A stretch of DNA of 63,891 nucleotides, counting the filler, from Lama guanicoe (taxonomy: Eukaryota), in assembly GCA_013239625.1 (NCBI GenBank). It is 195 parts of 195 records of this genome, joined end to end, with 100 filler letters (N's around TTAATTAATTAA, not from the genome) between each part and the next. Parts side by side here need not be neighbours in the genome. Positions count along the whole stretch, not along the records: positions 1 to 228 come from PNXV01043054.1; positions 329 to 556 come from PNXV01043055.1; positions 657 to 884 come from PNXV01043056.1; positions 985 to 1,212 come from PNXV01043057.1; positions 1,313 to 1,540 come from PNXV01043058.1; positions 1,641 to 1,868 come from PNXV01043059.1; positions 1,969 to 2,196 come from PNXV01043060.1; positions 2,297 to 2,524 come from PNXV01043061.1; 187 more parts are not named here. One strand, written 5' to 3'. Positions 1 through 11,050 of this stretch are shown here, one piece after another. The translations under genes and the position numbers were made by a program. The notes below the pieces were generated by a model. It saw nothing but the letters and a program-made list of their open reading frames with translations. It ran no database searches and had not been told where the DNA came from. Each line of letters starts with the position of its first letter. Position 1 is the stretch's first letter.

Positions 1-228
1 GGGGGGGGATCACTTGTTCAGATCAAGGAAAACATCAGTAAAAATTTCAAAGGACACAAAGAAATAGAGCAGTTAATAAGCCAGTTTTCCAAACAATATA
101 GCACTGGACAGGAATCTTGGTTGGAGTTCTTTAACTCATTCAACCTGAATGCCCCTAGAGTCCCATGTTACACAAAATCCGGCACAAAAGAAGGTAGTTA
201 CAGTAACATCTTTTCCATTTTTTTTTTT

Positions 229-328
229 NNNNNNNNNNNNNNNNNNNNNNNNNNNNNNNNNNNNNNNNNNNNTTAATTAATTAANNNNNNNNNNNNNNNN
301 NNNNNNNNNNNNNNNNNNNNNNNNNNNN
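229..328. other. Artificial contig-joining linker N44-TTAATTAATTAA-N44 (first of 194 copies, ~328-329 bp period across the window)
   Basis: Identical 12-mer palindrome flanked by exactly 44 N on each side. TAA falls in all three frames on both strands, and it separates unrelated 227-229 bp contigs. Confidence 0.99.
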
Positions 329-490
329 AAAAAACACTATAAAGATACAATTGAGTTTACTCAGTTTAATTAAACAAAAATTAAAATAATAATGAATTGT
401 AGTTTTCCACCTATCTACTGGGGAGCAACCTAGAAGACTGAGAAGTGTGCTGGGAGGAAACCATCGTACATTGTTGGTGAGAGTATAAGA

Positions 491-556
491 GGGTGGGTGT
501 AGCTCAAGTGGTTCAAGTGGTAGAGCACCTGCTTGGCACGCATGAAGTCCTGGGTT
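491..556 (+). mobile_element. tRNA-derived SINE 5' part, camelid vic-1-like
   Basis: gggtgggtgtagctcaagtgg...tagagcacctgcttggcacgcatgaagtcctgggtt matches the recalled vic-1 head (GGGGAGGGTATAGCTCAGTGGTAGAGCGCATGCTTAGCATGCACGAGGTCCTGGGTTC), including the A box and start of the B box. Confidence 0.75.
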
Positions 557-699
557 NNNNNNNNNNNNNNNNNNNNNNNNNNNNNNNNNNNNNNNNNNNN
601 TTAATTAATTAANNNNNNNNNNNNNNNNNNNNNNNNNNNNNNNNNNNNNNNNNNNNTCAATACAGATAGGAATATTCCATTTCAGAACTCATAGGACTC

Positions 700-884
700 A
701 GTCTATAACCCCAGGCTATCACCCCAGTGTAATCATGAGAAGAACATCAGACAAATTCCAGTGCAGAGGCATCTCACAATCACAGCTAACTAGGAATCCT
801 CGAAATTGTCAGAGTCACCAAAAACCAAGTCTGAGAAAATGCCACAGCCAACAGAAGACTAAGGAGACATAACAACTAAATGTA
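700..884 (+). mobile_element. Old L1 (L1MC/L1MD-type) 3' UTR fragment
   Basis: aatcatgagaagaacatcagacaaattcca...ctaaggagacataacaactaaatgta is typical of L1MC 3' ends. Confidence 0.65.
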
Positions 885-1094
885 NNNNNNNNNNNNNNNN
901 NNNNNNNNNNNNNNNNNNNNNNNNNNNNTTAATTAATTAANNNNNNNNNNNNNNNNNNNNNNNNNNNNNNNNNNNNNNNNNNNNAAGTCTATGTGATCAC
1001 CTACACGAGGAAAATTCACCTGCTTCAGCCTTGGGACTTTGCCTCAGATGCTCCAGTCTCTGATGTCTGGCCAAGCACTTGATACATTTAAAAT

Positions 1095-1179
1095 GTAATG
1101 GCAGAATTCATCTTCATTTGTAAACTGACTATACTTCAAGTAAAAAATAAATTAATTTTTAAAAAAGTAATGGCAGAAT
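1095..1179 (+). mobile_element. Extremely 5'-truncated L1 3' tail with 13-bp target-site duplication
   Basis: gtaatggcagaat at 1095-1107 and 1167-1179 flanks ttgtaaactgactatacttcaagtaaaaaata plus an A/T-rich tail. Confidence 0.7.
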
Positions 1180-2296
1180 GTTGAGACAATGAATCAAGTT
1201 TGTCTTAAGGGCNNNNNNNNNNNNNNNNNNNNNNNNNNNNNNNNNNNNNNNNNNNNTTAATTAATTAANNNNNNNNNNNNNNNNNNNNNNNNNNNNNNNN
1301 NNNNNNNNNNNNATGGGGCTACAAGGAAGGGAAAGTTTTGTCTCAGGCATCCCTGCCTGGGTGGTCAGTTGCATATATTACTGAGGACAACAGGGCCCTT
1401 AGCATCATAGTCCTTCAGAACTGAGAGAGACCCCAGCAGTATACATAAGTGAGGAAATAGAGAATCAGAGAGGACACAACTCGCCTGAGGTGGTCACACA
1501 GCACATCAGCAGCAAGGTGGAAGAACAAAAGCGTAGGTTTNNNNNNNNNNNNNNNNNNNNNNNNNNNNNNNNNNNNNNNNNNNNTTAATTAATTAANNNN
1601 NNNNNNNNNNNNNNNNNNNNNNNNNNNNNNNNNNNNNNNNCCTACAGCCAGGGTCCCAGGGCCCAAGACTCAAGGGTGGAAGTGGGGGTGGCTCCACCCT
1701 CACGACCGCTCATCGTCCCCCAACAAAGTGTGTGCTCCCTGTCCCATCACCCTCGGGCTCTGCTGGTCTAGAGGTCCTAGTGCCAAAGAGAGGAGTGTCG
1801 CCCCCAGGAGACACAACCATTCCCCAGAACTGGAAGCTGAGATGGTCACCCGGCCACTTTGGGCAACANNNNNNNNNNNNNNNNNNNNNNNNNNNNNNNN
1901 NNNNNNNNNNNNTTAATTAATTAANNNNNNNNNNNNNNNNNNNNNNNNNNNNNNNNNNNNNNNNNNNNCACTCAGTACACTGTCAAGGCCACGCAGACAG
2001 AGGACTGGGGCTGTCCCGGGTCTTCCCACGTGCAGACACACCCGGGCCGTCGGCTGTCGCCACGCGATCGTCCGTGCCCTCTGGGACCCGCGTGCCTGTC
2101 TCTCCCCCGACATGTCCATGTTCCTGGAAATCTTCTTTGAAGGCCCAAGTCAAATATCAGCTCTCCTGTGACTCCCCGGACCCCTCAGTGGTGGCTNNNN
2201 NNNNNNNNNNNNNNNNNNNNNNNNNNNNNNNNNNNNNNNNTTAATTAATTAANNNNNNNNNNNNNNNNNNNNNNNNNNNNNNNNNNNNNNNNNNNN

Positions 2297-2524
2297 CCCG
2301 CCCTCCTCCGCGCCGCCCCGCCCTCCTCCGCGCCGCCCCGCCCACCTCCGCGCCCAGAGCGAACGGAGGGGCGCGGAGAGAGGCCGGGGGCCGGGGCAGC
2401 GGACAGGGCGTGGCCGCGCACGTGTCAGACGGGGGGCGCGATATGGGGGCGTGGCCGCGCACGCGCTTTGGGCCGGGCGACGGCGGCAGAGGTAAGTGGC
2501 GCGGCCTGGCGGCTTGGCGGGGAC
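2297..2524 (+). promoter_or_regulatory. CpG-island fragment with GC boxes and possible first-exon donor
   Basis: Very high GC and CpG content, repeated ccgccc / gggcgtggc motifs, and AG|GTAAGT with GT at 2492. Confidence 0.6.
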
Positions 2525-2624
2525 NNNNNNNNNNNNNNNNNNNNNNNNNNNNNNNNNNNNNNNNNNNNTTAATTAATTAANNNNNNNNNNNNNNNNNNNN
2601 NNNNNNNNNNNNNNNNNNNNNNNN

Positions 2625-2852
2625 TTACTATGCCAGCAGGCCCAGGAGAGTTGACACTCCAAGCTCTGGACCCCATCTGTACGTTTACACAGGCTTTTAT
2701 AGGATTTTAGGTTTCAATTAAGTTCACACCATATGCAAATGAAGTGTAAGAAATGGACCAATCAGGAGTGAGCTTTCGGGGACCAACAGAATTGTAGGGG
2801 TAAATGCAAATTAGGTGTTAGAAATGGACCAATCAGGAGTGAGCTTTTGGGA
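2625..2852 (-). mobile_element. ERV LTR fragment (U3/R) with tandem octamer+CCAAT repeats
   Basis: Minus strand reads TATAAAAGCC...CTGGGCCTGCTGGCATAGTAA (TATA, then likely polyA region). A 71-bp-period repeat carries ATGCAAAT and CCAATCAG. Confidence 0.6.
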
Positions 2853-2952
2853 NNNNNNNNNNNNNNNNNNNNNNNNNNNNNNNNNNNNNNNNNNNNTTAA
2901 TTAATTAANNNNNNNNNNNNNNNNNNNNNNNNNNNNNNNNNNNNNNNNNNNN

Positions 2953-3180
2953 CATAGTGCCTATGCTTTCTTTTAGAAGTTGTATGGTTTCAGGTCTTAC
3001 ATTGAAGTTTTTAACCCATTTTGGGTTGATTTTTGTGTATGGTGTGAGATAGTGGTCTGGCTTTCCTTTTTTTTTTTTTAAAAAAACCTGGCTATCCAGT
3101 TTTTCCAACACCATTTATTGAAGAGACTCTTCTTTCTCCATTTTTTGTTCTTTTCTTCTTTGTCAGAAATTAATTGCACA
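2953..3180 (-). mobile_element. L1 ORF2 fragment
   Basis: Translation [33 protein letters not shown] is a canonical L1 ORF2 segment. Confidence 0.92.
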
Positions 3181-3630
3181 NNNNNNNNNNNNNNNNNNNN
3201 NNNNNNNNNNNNNNNNNNNNNNNNTTAATTAATTAANNNNNNNNNNNNNNNNNNNNNNNNNNNNNNNNNNNNNNNNNNNNAAGACCTGCCCTGTCTCATC
3301 ATTGCTGTTCCACCCACTTCAGTGGCCCATGGGGTGGGCGGTACCCCCAGAAACTTACAGTGGAGCTGCTCATGGGACCTGAGCGTGACCCCCACGGCCA
3401 CACCAACGACCTCCTGACACCCCAGGAATCTCACCCTTGGTGCGGACCATCCAGCATGATCTGGGCTGGAATCTCCCCGTGGCGGTCTTGGCTGGCCCAC
3501 CTGCTGCCNNNNNNNNNNNNNNNNNNNNNNNNNNNNNNNNNNNNNNNNNNNNTTAATTAATTAANNNNNNNNNNNNNNNNNNNNNNNNNNNNNNNNNNNN
3601 NNNNNNNNGAGGGGTCACATAGCCTGTGGG

Positions 3631-3819
3631 TAATGTTTCCAGATAAAATATGGAATGTCCCATTAAAATTGAATTTTAAATAAAAAAAGCAGTTTTTTAG
3701 TATAAGTATATCCCAAATATCTCATAGGATATACTTAAACTAAAAAAAAATTCTCTTTTATCTGAAATTCCATTTGAAGGGGGCATTCTGGGTTTCTGTT
3801 TGCTAAATCTAGCACCCTC
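3631..3819. mobile_element. MER53 palindromic hAT-type MITE, near full length
   Basis: ccagataaaat...ttttttagtataagtatatcccaaatatctcataggatatacttaaactaaaaaa...atctgaaatt...ttgctaaatctagcaccct matches the recalled MER53 consensus and has an internal inverted repeat. Confidence 0.8.
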
Positions 3820-5248
3820 GTCCGTAAGGAGTGTTANNNNNNNNNNNNNNNNNNNNNNNNNNNNNNNNNNNNNNNNNNNNTTAATTAATTAANNNNNNNN
3901 NNNNNNNNNNNNNNNNNNNNNNNNNNNNNNNNNNNNCAGAAGCGATGTCTGGCTTTCAGGGAACACATCCAGGAAGCTGTAAGGCCACAGGACTGCCTCC
4001 CTCTGTCTCGTCCCTCAGTCTCTCTTTGTCTGTTCTTTGTTCTTCTCTGCCCCTCAGTCTACACAGGGTGAAAATGAACCCTCACAGCCTCAGGATCCCC
4101 TTGTTGCAGACGGAACCATGTGCAAGGACCAATTTGACCCTCTCCAGCCCAGCTGTGGGAGGAGNNNNNNNNNNNNNNNNNNNNNNNNNNNNNNNNNNNN
4201 NNNNNNNNTTAATTAATTAANNNNNNNNNNNNNNNNNNNNNNNNNNNNNNNNNNNNNNNNNNNNGCAGCCTTCTTCCTAGATGAGTAGTTGCAATCAGGA
4301 AATTGAATGCTTACCGTTAACTAGACACGCAAGCTTTGATCAAGCTGCATCTCTTGGAATCAAGAAATCTCAATGTGTGTGCCAACTCTGACCAACAGAA
4401 GTGGAGAATGACTCCACAAATATCTTCAAGCTTTATGAGAAAGGTTGAACCCAATTACCAGTGCCTGCCCTACTTAGTCTCTAGCCTTCATTNNNNNNNN
4501 NNNNNNNNNNNNNNNNNNNNNNNNNNNNNNNNNNNNTTAATTAATTAANNNNNNNNNNNNNNNNNNNNNNNNNNNNNNNNNNNNNNNNNNNNAGGGGCCT
4601 GGACAAGATGGAGTCTTTAGAAAGAATGAGGGGGCAGCAGCACCTCACCTCGCCAGGGCGGGCGGGGACTGGGCAGGTGGGCCACAGTGCCCCCAGTTTT
4701 GCTATGTGTCTGTAGGAGATACCTCCCACATCCCCCCTCTCCCAGTTTTACAGACAAGGAAATGGGCTTGGAGGAGTCACAATCTCAGTCTGTTCTGAGC
4801 TACTGTAACAAAATTCCAGGNNNNNNNNNNNNNNNNNNNNNNNNNNNNNNNNNNNNNNNNNNNNTTAATTAATTAANNNNNNNNNNNNNNNNNNNNNNNN
4901 NNNNNNNNNNNNNNNNNNNNAAGAAAGAAAATGCCTACTGTTCCATGACTGTGTCCTAAGGGTTTATAGTTCGCTGTGGAACAGACGTGAGATCTCATTC
5001 AGTAAATACTCTGGGGTCTTGACTCTGACGTGTCATGAATTTGGCATTCTCCTAATGTTATATGTCTAAGCAATCATTTTTGTGTGATGGTTATGTGTAC
5101 GTAAGTGTCCTGAAGAAACTGTTGTGGATGGAAGTGTGGGCATCAGTGNNNNNNNNNNNNNNNNNNNNNNNNNNNNNNNNNNNNNNNNNNNNTTAATTAA
5201 TTAANNNNNNNNNNNNNNNNNNNNNNNNNNNNNNNNNNNNNNNNNNNN

Positions 5249-5476
5249 TATTCATTTTCCTCAAGTGAAGCCCTGTATCCAGTGAACACTGACTCCCCTC
5301 AGCCCCTGGCAGTAACACTCTTTCTATCTCCGCATCTGACTTCTCTGGATGCCTTGTATAAGGAGAATCATGTAATATTTGTCCTTCTGTGTCTGACTTA
5401 TTTCACTTAGCATAGTGACGTCAAGAATTATCCACGTTGCAGTGCGTGTCATAATTTCCTTAGTTTTTAAGGCTGT
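5249..5476 (-). mobile_element. L1MB-type 3' end fragment
   Basis: cagcccctggcag...aatcatgtaatatttgtccttctgtgtctgacttatttcacttagcatag motif. Confidence 0.8.
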
Positions 5477-6888
5477 NNNNNNNNNNNNNNNNNNNNNNNN
5501 NNNNNNNNNNNNNNNNNNNNTTAATTAATTAANNNNNNNNNNNNNNNNNNNNNNNNNNNNNNNNNNNNNNNNNNNNTTATAGGCCTTTCATCTTTTTTAT
5601 TTTACTGCTGCTTAAAATTCCAACCGAAGAATTACTAGGCCACCAGTTTAAGAAAGATAGAATCTGTTTATGTTGTGGTTTCTCTCAGGCTGAAACATAC
5701 GCTCTCACACCTTCCAAAAGGCATCATTCTACTTCACCTTGTGAAGAGCTGGAACTTGTGTTTATCTTCCAGTACAGGCAATAACTTCAATTTTCAAGCA
5801 ATTGNNNNNNNNNNNNNNNNNNNNNNNNNNNNNNNNNNNNNNNNNNNNTTAATTAATTAANNNNNNNNNNNNNNNNNNNNNNNNNNNNNNNNNNNNNNNN
5901 NNNNGTCCATATAGTAAGTAGTAATACACTGTTTGGATTTTTGAAATTAATTGTTGTGTATAGTAAAACTATTTTATCAAATTTTAAATCATTTGTTTTA
6001 GGAATTATTTCTCGTTCACTTTGCTTGGCATAATAAGCATCTGGGTATAGTGTAGTCTTTTTTTTTTTTTTTAACTTATGAAACAAAGTGGGAGTGAGTC
6101 GTGTTGGAAGGATACTCAGATGGAATGCTGCTNNNNNNNNNNNNNNNNNNNNNNNNNNNNNNNNNNNNNNNNNNNNTTAATTAATTAANNNNNNNNNNNN
6201 NNNNNNNNNNNNNNNNNNNNNNNNNNNNNNNNCTTCTCACAATTTGAAAATTATTTTTTCTTCTTATCTAAGAAGGACTTCCTCACACGTCTGGGTTTCG
6301 GGTGGTCGGGGGGAGAGTACTAGTGGAACAGCAGAGCCCAGATCTTGTCAGAATTTTGCTCCCTGTAGATGAGCAACCTGAAATGGAAAGAAGCTAATGC
6401 TTTGTCTTATACAGAATCTCCTAAAAATCACAGGATTTTTCAATGTTGTGGCTGATAAAGNNNNNNNNNNNNNNNNNNNNNNNNNNNNNNNNNNNNNNNN
6501 NNNNTTAATTAATTAANNNNNNNNNNNNNNNNNNNNNNNNNNNNNNNNNNNNNNNNNNNNAGGAAAGCTAAGTGACATGACCCCCAAAATGAAAGGCTGG
6601 AACCGGCTTAAAACTCAGGTCTGCCTGGCTCCAAAGCTGCCCTTTTTCCTACCCCATTTACGTCACCTCCAAAAACTGGGGGTTAGACCTCAGGTCGTGC
6701 AGCCCGACCTCGCTCCTAAGGCAGGCGTCTGATCTCCCAGGTCGCTGACGGGGAACTCACTCATGGAAGAAAGTGACAAGGCGGCCGGNNNNNNNNNNNN
6801 NNNNNNNNNNNNNNNNNNNNNNNNNNNNNNNNTTAATTAATTAANNNNNNNNNNNNNNNNNNNNNNNNNNNNNNNNNNNNNNNNNNNN

Positions 6889-7065
6889 GTATATATTAGT
6901 TAGTATCTGCAAATCTTGAACTCTTAATTTATCCACCCCACCCCTTCCCCTCTGGTAACATGAATTTGTTTTCTATGTCTGGGAGTCTGCTTCTATTTTG
7001 TAAACAAGTTTGGCTTTTTTATAGATTCCAAATATAAGAGATATAAGATATTTTTCTCTGTCTGC
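6889..7065 (-). mobile_element. Artiodactyl-type L1 3' UTR fragment
   Basis: ccttcccctctggtaac...tttgttttctatgtctgggagtctg...tagattccaaatataag motif. Confidence 0.75.
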
Positions 7066-7872
7066 AATGGGTTTTAAGTACTGTTTGTGTCCCACAAATT
7101 ATAGTGCTCTCAGCTTNNNNNNNNNNNNNNNNNNNNNNNNNNNNNNNNNNNNNNNNNNNNTTAATTAATTAANNNNNNNNNNNNNNNNNNNNNNNNNNNN
7201 NNNNNNNNNNNNNNNNGGCCTGTGAGCTGTCCTTCTGCCCCTCTTGCAGGGTCTCGACCTCTGCTACTGGCTCCAAGTGTCCACTCTGTCACCCTCTTTG
7301 CCGTCTGCCCCTTGGGAACTCTCAGTTTTCCAGGCCTCAGTTTCCTTATTGAGGAGTGGGGGTTATGTTAACTAGTTTATCAGGTGGTCCCGAGTGGAGG
7401 CCTTCCCCACACCAGGAGCCTGTGTCTCTAATAACAACCTTTCANNNNNNNNNNNNNNNNNNNNNNNNNNNNNNNNNNNNNNNNNNNNTTAATTAATTAA
7501 NNNNNNNNNNNNNNNNNNNNNNNNNNNNNNNNNNNNNNNNNNNNCCAAAAGGAACCAACAGTTAATGAGAATATTAATGTTAAAAATAAAAAAAGTCTGA
7601 CATTTGTATATTCTGAAATAATCAGGTTCTTTTGGTATGTAAAGAATGTAGTTAGAAATATTGTCAGATTGACACCAGCTCTACAGTTTGTGTGAAATAG
7701 GAAGGTTCTAAATGCATTTGGATTCACAAAATGATAATGACTGTCAGAAAAGTGTAACAGTTACATTGAAGGNNNNNNNNNNNNNNNNNNNNNNNNNNNN
7801 NNNNNNNNNNNNNNNNTTAATTAATTAANNNNNNNNNNNNNNNNNNNNNNNNNNNNNNNNNNNNNNNNNNNN

Positions 7873-8100
7873 GATGCCACAATCTTCTATAGAAACCCCA
7901 TAAGAATCCACTAAATTTTTTTAAAGAATAATAAAACAAGTTCAACGAAGTTGCAGGTTACAAGATTAATACACAAAAACCAACTGCATTTCTATACAGT
8001 AGCAATGAGCAAACTGAAAATGAAATTAAGAAACAACTTCACTTACAACCACATCAATAAGAATACAATACTTAAGAATAAAATTTAACCAACGATGTGT
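7873..8100 (+). mobile_element. L1 ORF2 RT-region fragment (degenerate)
   Basis: aagttgcaggttacaagattaatacacaaaaacc...gcatttctatac encodes the KVAGYKINTQK motif. Confidence 0.88.
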
Positions 8101-8856
8101 NNNNNNNNNNNNNNNNNNNNNNNNNNNNNNNNNNNNNNNNNNNNTTAATTAATTAANNNNNNNNNNNNNNNNNNNNNNNNNNNNNNNNNNNNNNNNNNNN
8201 TTGTATAGAAACTTTAAATTTGGATAGTACATCTAGCATATGATAAATATGTGCATCCAATAAGAATTCAGTTAAAATGAATACCAATATTAATCTTGGT
8301 AGTTATAGTTAAACTTGGGAGACATTTATTTTTACCTTCCCACATCACTAATCATGGAGACGACTGGCTAAATCTTCTATCTCCTCAAGATAACATACAC
8401 TATTGAGTGACTGTTACATCCTATGGAGNNNNNNNNNNNNNNNNNNNNNNNNNNNNNNNNNNNNNNNNNNNNTTAATTAATTAANNNNNNNNNNNNNNNN
8501 NNNNNNNNNNNNNNNNNNNNNNNNNNNNCCTTTTCTCCAAGGACCTCTAAGAGCTGCTCGTGAGAAAGATTAGAGGAGGCAAGGGAGACCAGAGAAAGCC
8601 CCTCTAGGTGGTACAGCCTTGCCTGGACCCTTTTTCCGTGTGGAAGAGATCTTTAAGCCACTAGGGAAGGGAATAAACCCCATATTCCATTGTGGGTGGG
8701 AGAAGTGGAAAGAAAAAACCCATAAACTCTAAAGGGAAGGACAGAAAACTTTTCTGNNNNNNNNNNNNNNNNNNNNNNNNNNNNNNNNNNNNNNNNNNNN
8801 TTAATTAATTAANNNNNNNNNNNNNNNNNNNNNNNNNNNNNNNNNNNNNNNNNNNN

Positions 8857-9084
8857 TGTATATTCTTGCCTCCTTTGTCGAAGATTAGTTGACCAAAAGT
8901 TTGGGCTCATTTCTGGGCTCTCTATTCTGTTCCATTGGTCTATATGTTGTTTTTTGTACCAATACAATGCTATCTTGATTTCTGTAGCTCTATAATATTA
9001 TCTGAAGTCTGGGAGTGTTTTTCCTCCAGCCTCTTTCATTTCCTTCATCCATGCTGTTGTAATTCTAGGTCTTTTGTGGTTCCA
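8857..9084 (-). mobile_element. L1 ORF2 fragment
   Basis: tctgggctctctattctgttccattggtctatatg and ctgtagctctataatattatctgaagtctgggag motifs. Confidence 0.88.
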
Positions 9085-10496
9085 NNNNNNNNNNNNNNNN
9101 NNNNNNNNNNNNNNNNNNNNNNNNNNNNTTAATTAATTAANNNNNNNNNNNNNNNNNNNNNNNNNNNNNNNNNNNNNNNNNNNNGGCCACACAGGGCCAC
9201 AAGGAGACTGCCCCGGAGCAGAGTGAACAGCCCAGGGCGGTGCAGGGCAGGCAGTACTGAGGGGCTTGGTGTCTCCAGAGGGTGGCGGCCCCCCGATTCC
9301 TGCAGAAGGATATGATTCGCTTGTCTGAATAACTCCGCAGGCTGATAGGGAGCTGAAATCCACGACTCGGGGCTAAGCGGGCACTGTACCCGGTCCTCTG
9401 GAGAAGGAAGGTNNNNNNNNNNNNNNNNNNNNNNNNNNNNNNNNNNNNNNNNNNNNTTAATTAATTAANNNNNNNNNNNNNNNNNNNNNNNNNNNNNNNN
9501 NNNNNNNNNNNNCCCTGTGTATTTAGAGGACCCTGGAAGAGGAGGGTCAGAGAGGCTCTCCACTGTGGACTGCAGAGAGGGTATGGGGATCCCCTGCATC
9601 CACTCAGCATCTGATGGTATCCAGCCAGGCTGGGCTCCCGGCAGAAAGTGTGCAGAGGCATCAAGAGCACCAGCTCTCGAGTCCAACAGAACCTCATCTC
9701 AGAATGCAGCTCTGCCAGCCATCACATGGGAATTCACCACNNNNNNNNNNNNNNNNNNNNNNNNNNNNNNNNNNNNNNNNNNNNTTAATTAATTAANNNN
9801 NNNNNNNNNNNNNNNNNNNNNNNNNNNNNNNNNNNNNNNNTTGTATAGAAACTTTAAATTTGGATAGTACATCTAGCATATGATAAATACGTGCATCCAA
9901 TAAGAATTCAGTTAAAATGAATACCAATATTAATTTTGGTAGTTATAGTTAAACTTGGGAGACATTTATTTTTACCTTCCGTCATCACTAATCATGGAGA
10001 CGACTGGCTAAATCTTCTGTCTCCTCAAGATAACATACACTATTGAGTGACTGTTACATCCTATGGAGNNNNNNNNNNNNNNNNNNNNNNNNNNNNNNNN
10101 NNNNNNNNNNNNTTAATTAATTAANNNNNNNNNNNNNNNNNNNNNNNNNNNNNNNNNNNNNNNNNNNNGTACAGCATAATATTTCAGTATCTTATTTGTA
10201 CTCTGTGCTCTGGGTTAGTAAGATTGTTTATATCAGCAATATATAAGAAGGGCCTACCTAGACAGACACTCTGGCTAATTATTTTTGAGAAATTGGATCT
10301 ACTTGTCTGAGAGGTGAGTGATCGTGGCAGGTACTAAGCAAGAATGCAGGAAAGAAACAAATCCTTACTGTCAAATTGTCCAGAGTGTCAGCAGCANNNN
10401 NNNNNNNNNNNNNNNNNNNNNNNNNNNNNNNNNNNNNNNNTTAATTAATTAANNNNNNNNNNNNNNNNNNNNNNNNNNNNNNNNNNNNNNNNNNNN

Positions 10497-10625
10497 TGAC
10501 CTCATCTTAATTTAACTAATTACATCTGTAACCATCCTATCTCCAAATAAGTTTACATGTCGAGGTACTGGGGTTTAGGATTTCAATGTATCTTTTTTGA
10601 GGTAAAACAATTCAACCCATTGCAC
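10497..10625 (-). mobile_element. MaLR LTR (MLT1-type) fragment
   Basis: tgacctcatcttaa...ttacatctg...ccaaataag...gaggtactggggtttaggatttcaa motif. Confidence 0.75.
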
Positions 10626-10825
10626 TGATTAATACGAGCAATAAAAAAATGCAGAGAAAGTTCTAAAGTCACATCATAAGTATTGCAGATTCTTACAGCA
10701 ACTCACCTTTGGTCCTCAGGGCTGNNNNNNNNNNNNNNNNNNNNNNNNNNNNNNNNNNNNNNNNNNNNTTAATTAATTAANNNNNNNNNNNNNNNNNNNN
10801 NNNNNNNNNNNNNNNNNNNNNNNNG

Positions 10826-11050
10826 ATGAATGCGGCTAAAAGCAAGCATACGTTGCGTCAGAAATTCTGATAAACAAGAGAGTATACAAGGAGCCATACA
10901 AATCAGGATCAAAATAATTATCACAATCACTAAAGCATGTTTCCACCAATCACTTTTAAACCAATCAAACCATTGTGCTGGTAAGAATGGAGTAGGGGAA
11001 TCCATATTTCTTATCTGTTCTTGCATATCTTCTACTGCTTGGGACACATT
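10826..11050 (-). CDS. Endogenous retrovirus env TM subunit, C-terminal fragment (end of ectodomain, membrane anchor, cytoplasmic tail); open across the contig
   Basis: NVSQAVEDMQEQIRNMDSPTPFLPAQWFDWFKSDWWKHALVIVIIILILICMAPCILSCLSEFLTQRMLAFSRIH: NxS sequon, amphipathic heptad, Trp-rich membrane-proximal region, hydrophobic TM and PCIL..C juxtamembrane motif. Confidence 0.75.

Noticed and set aside
491..556. Functional tRNA gene
   Set aside because: It has an internal duplication and degenerate stems, and fits a tRNA-derived SINE head better.
9513..9740. Contig with several open frames on both strands
   Set aside because: No recognisable protein; open frames over 228 GC-rich bp are expected by chance.
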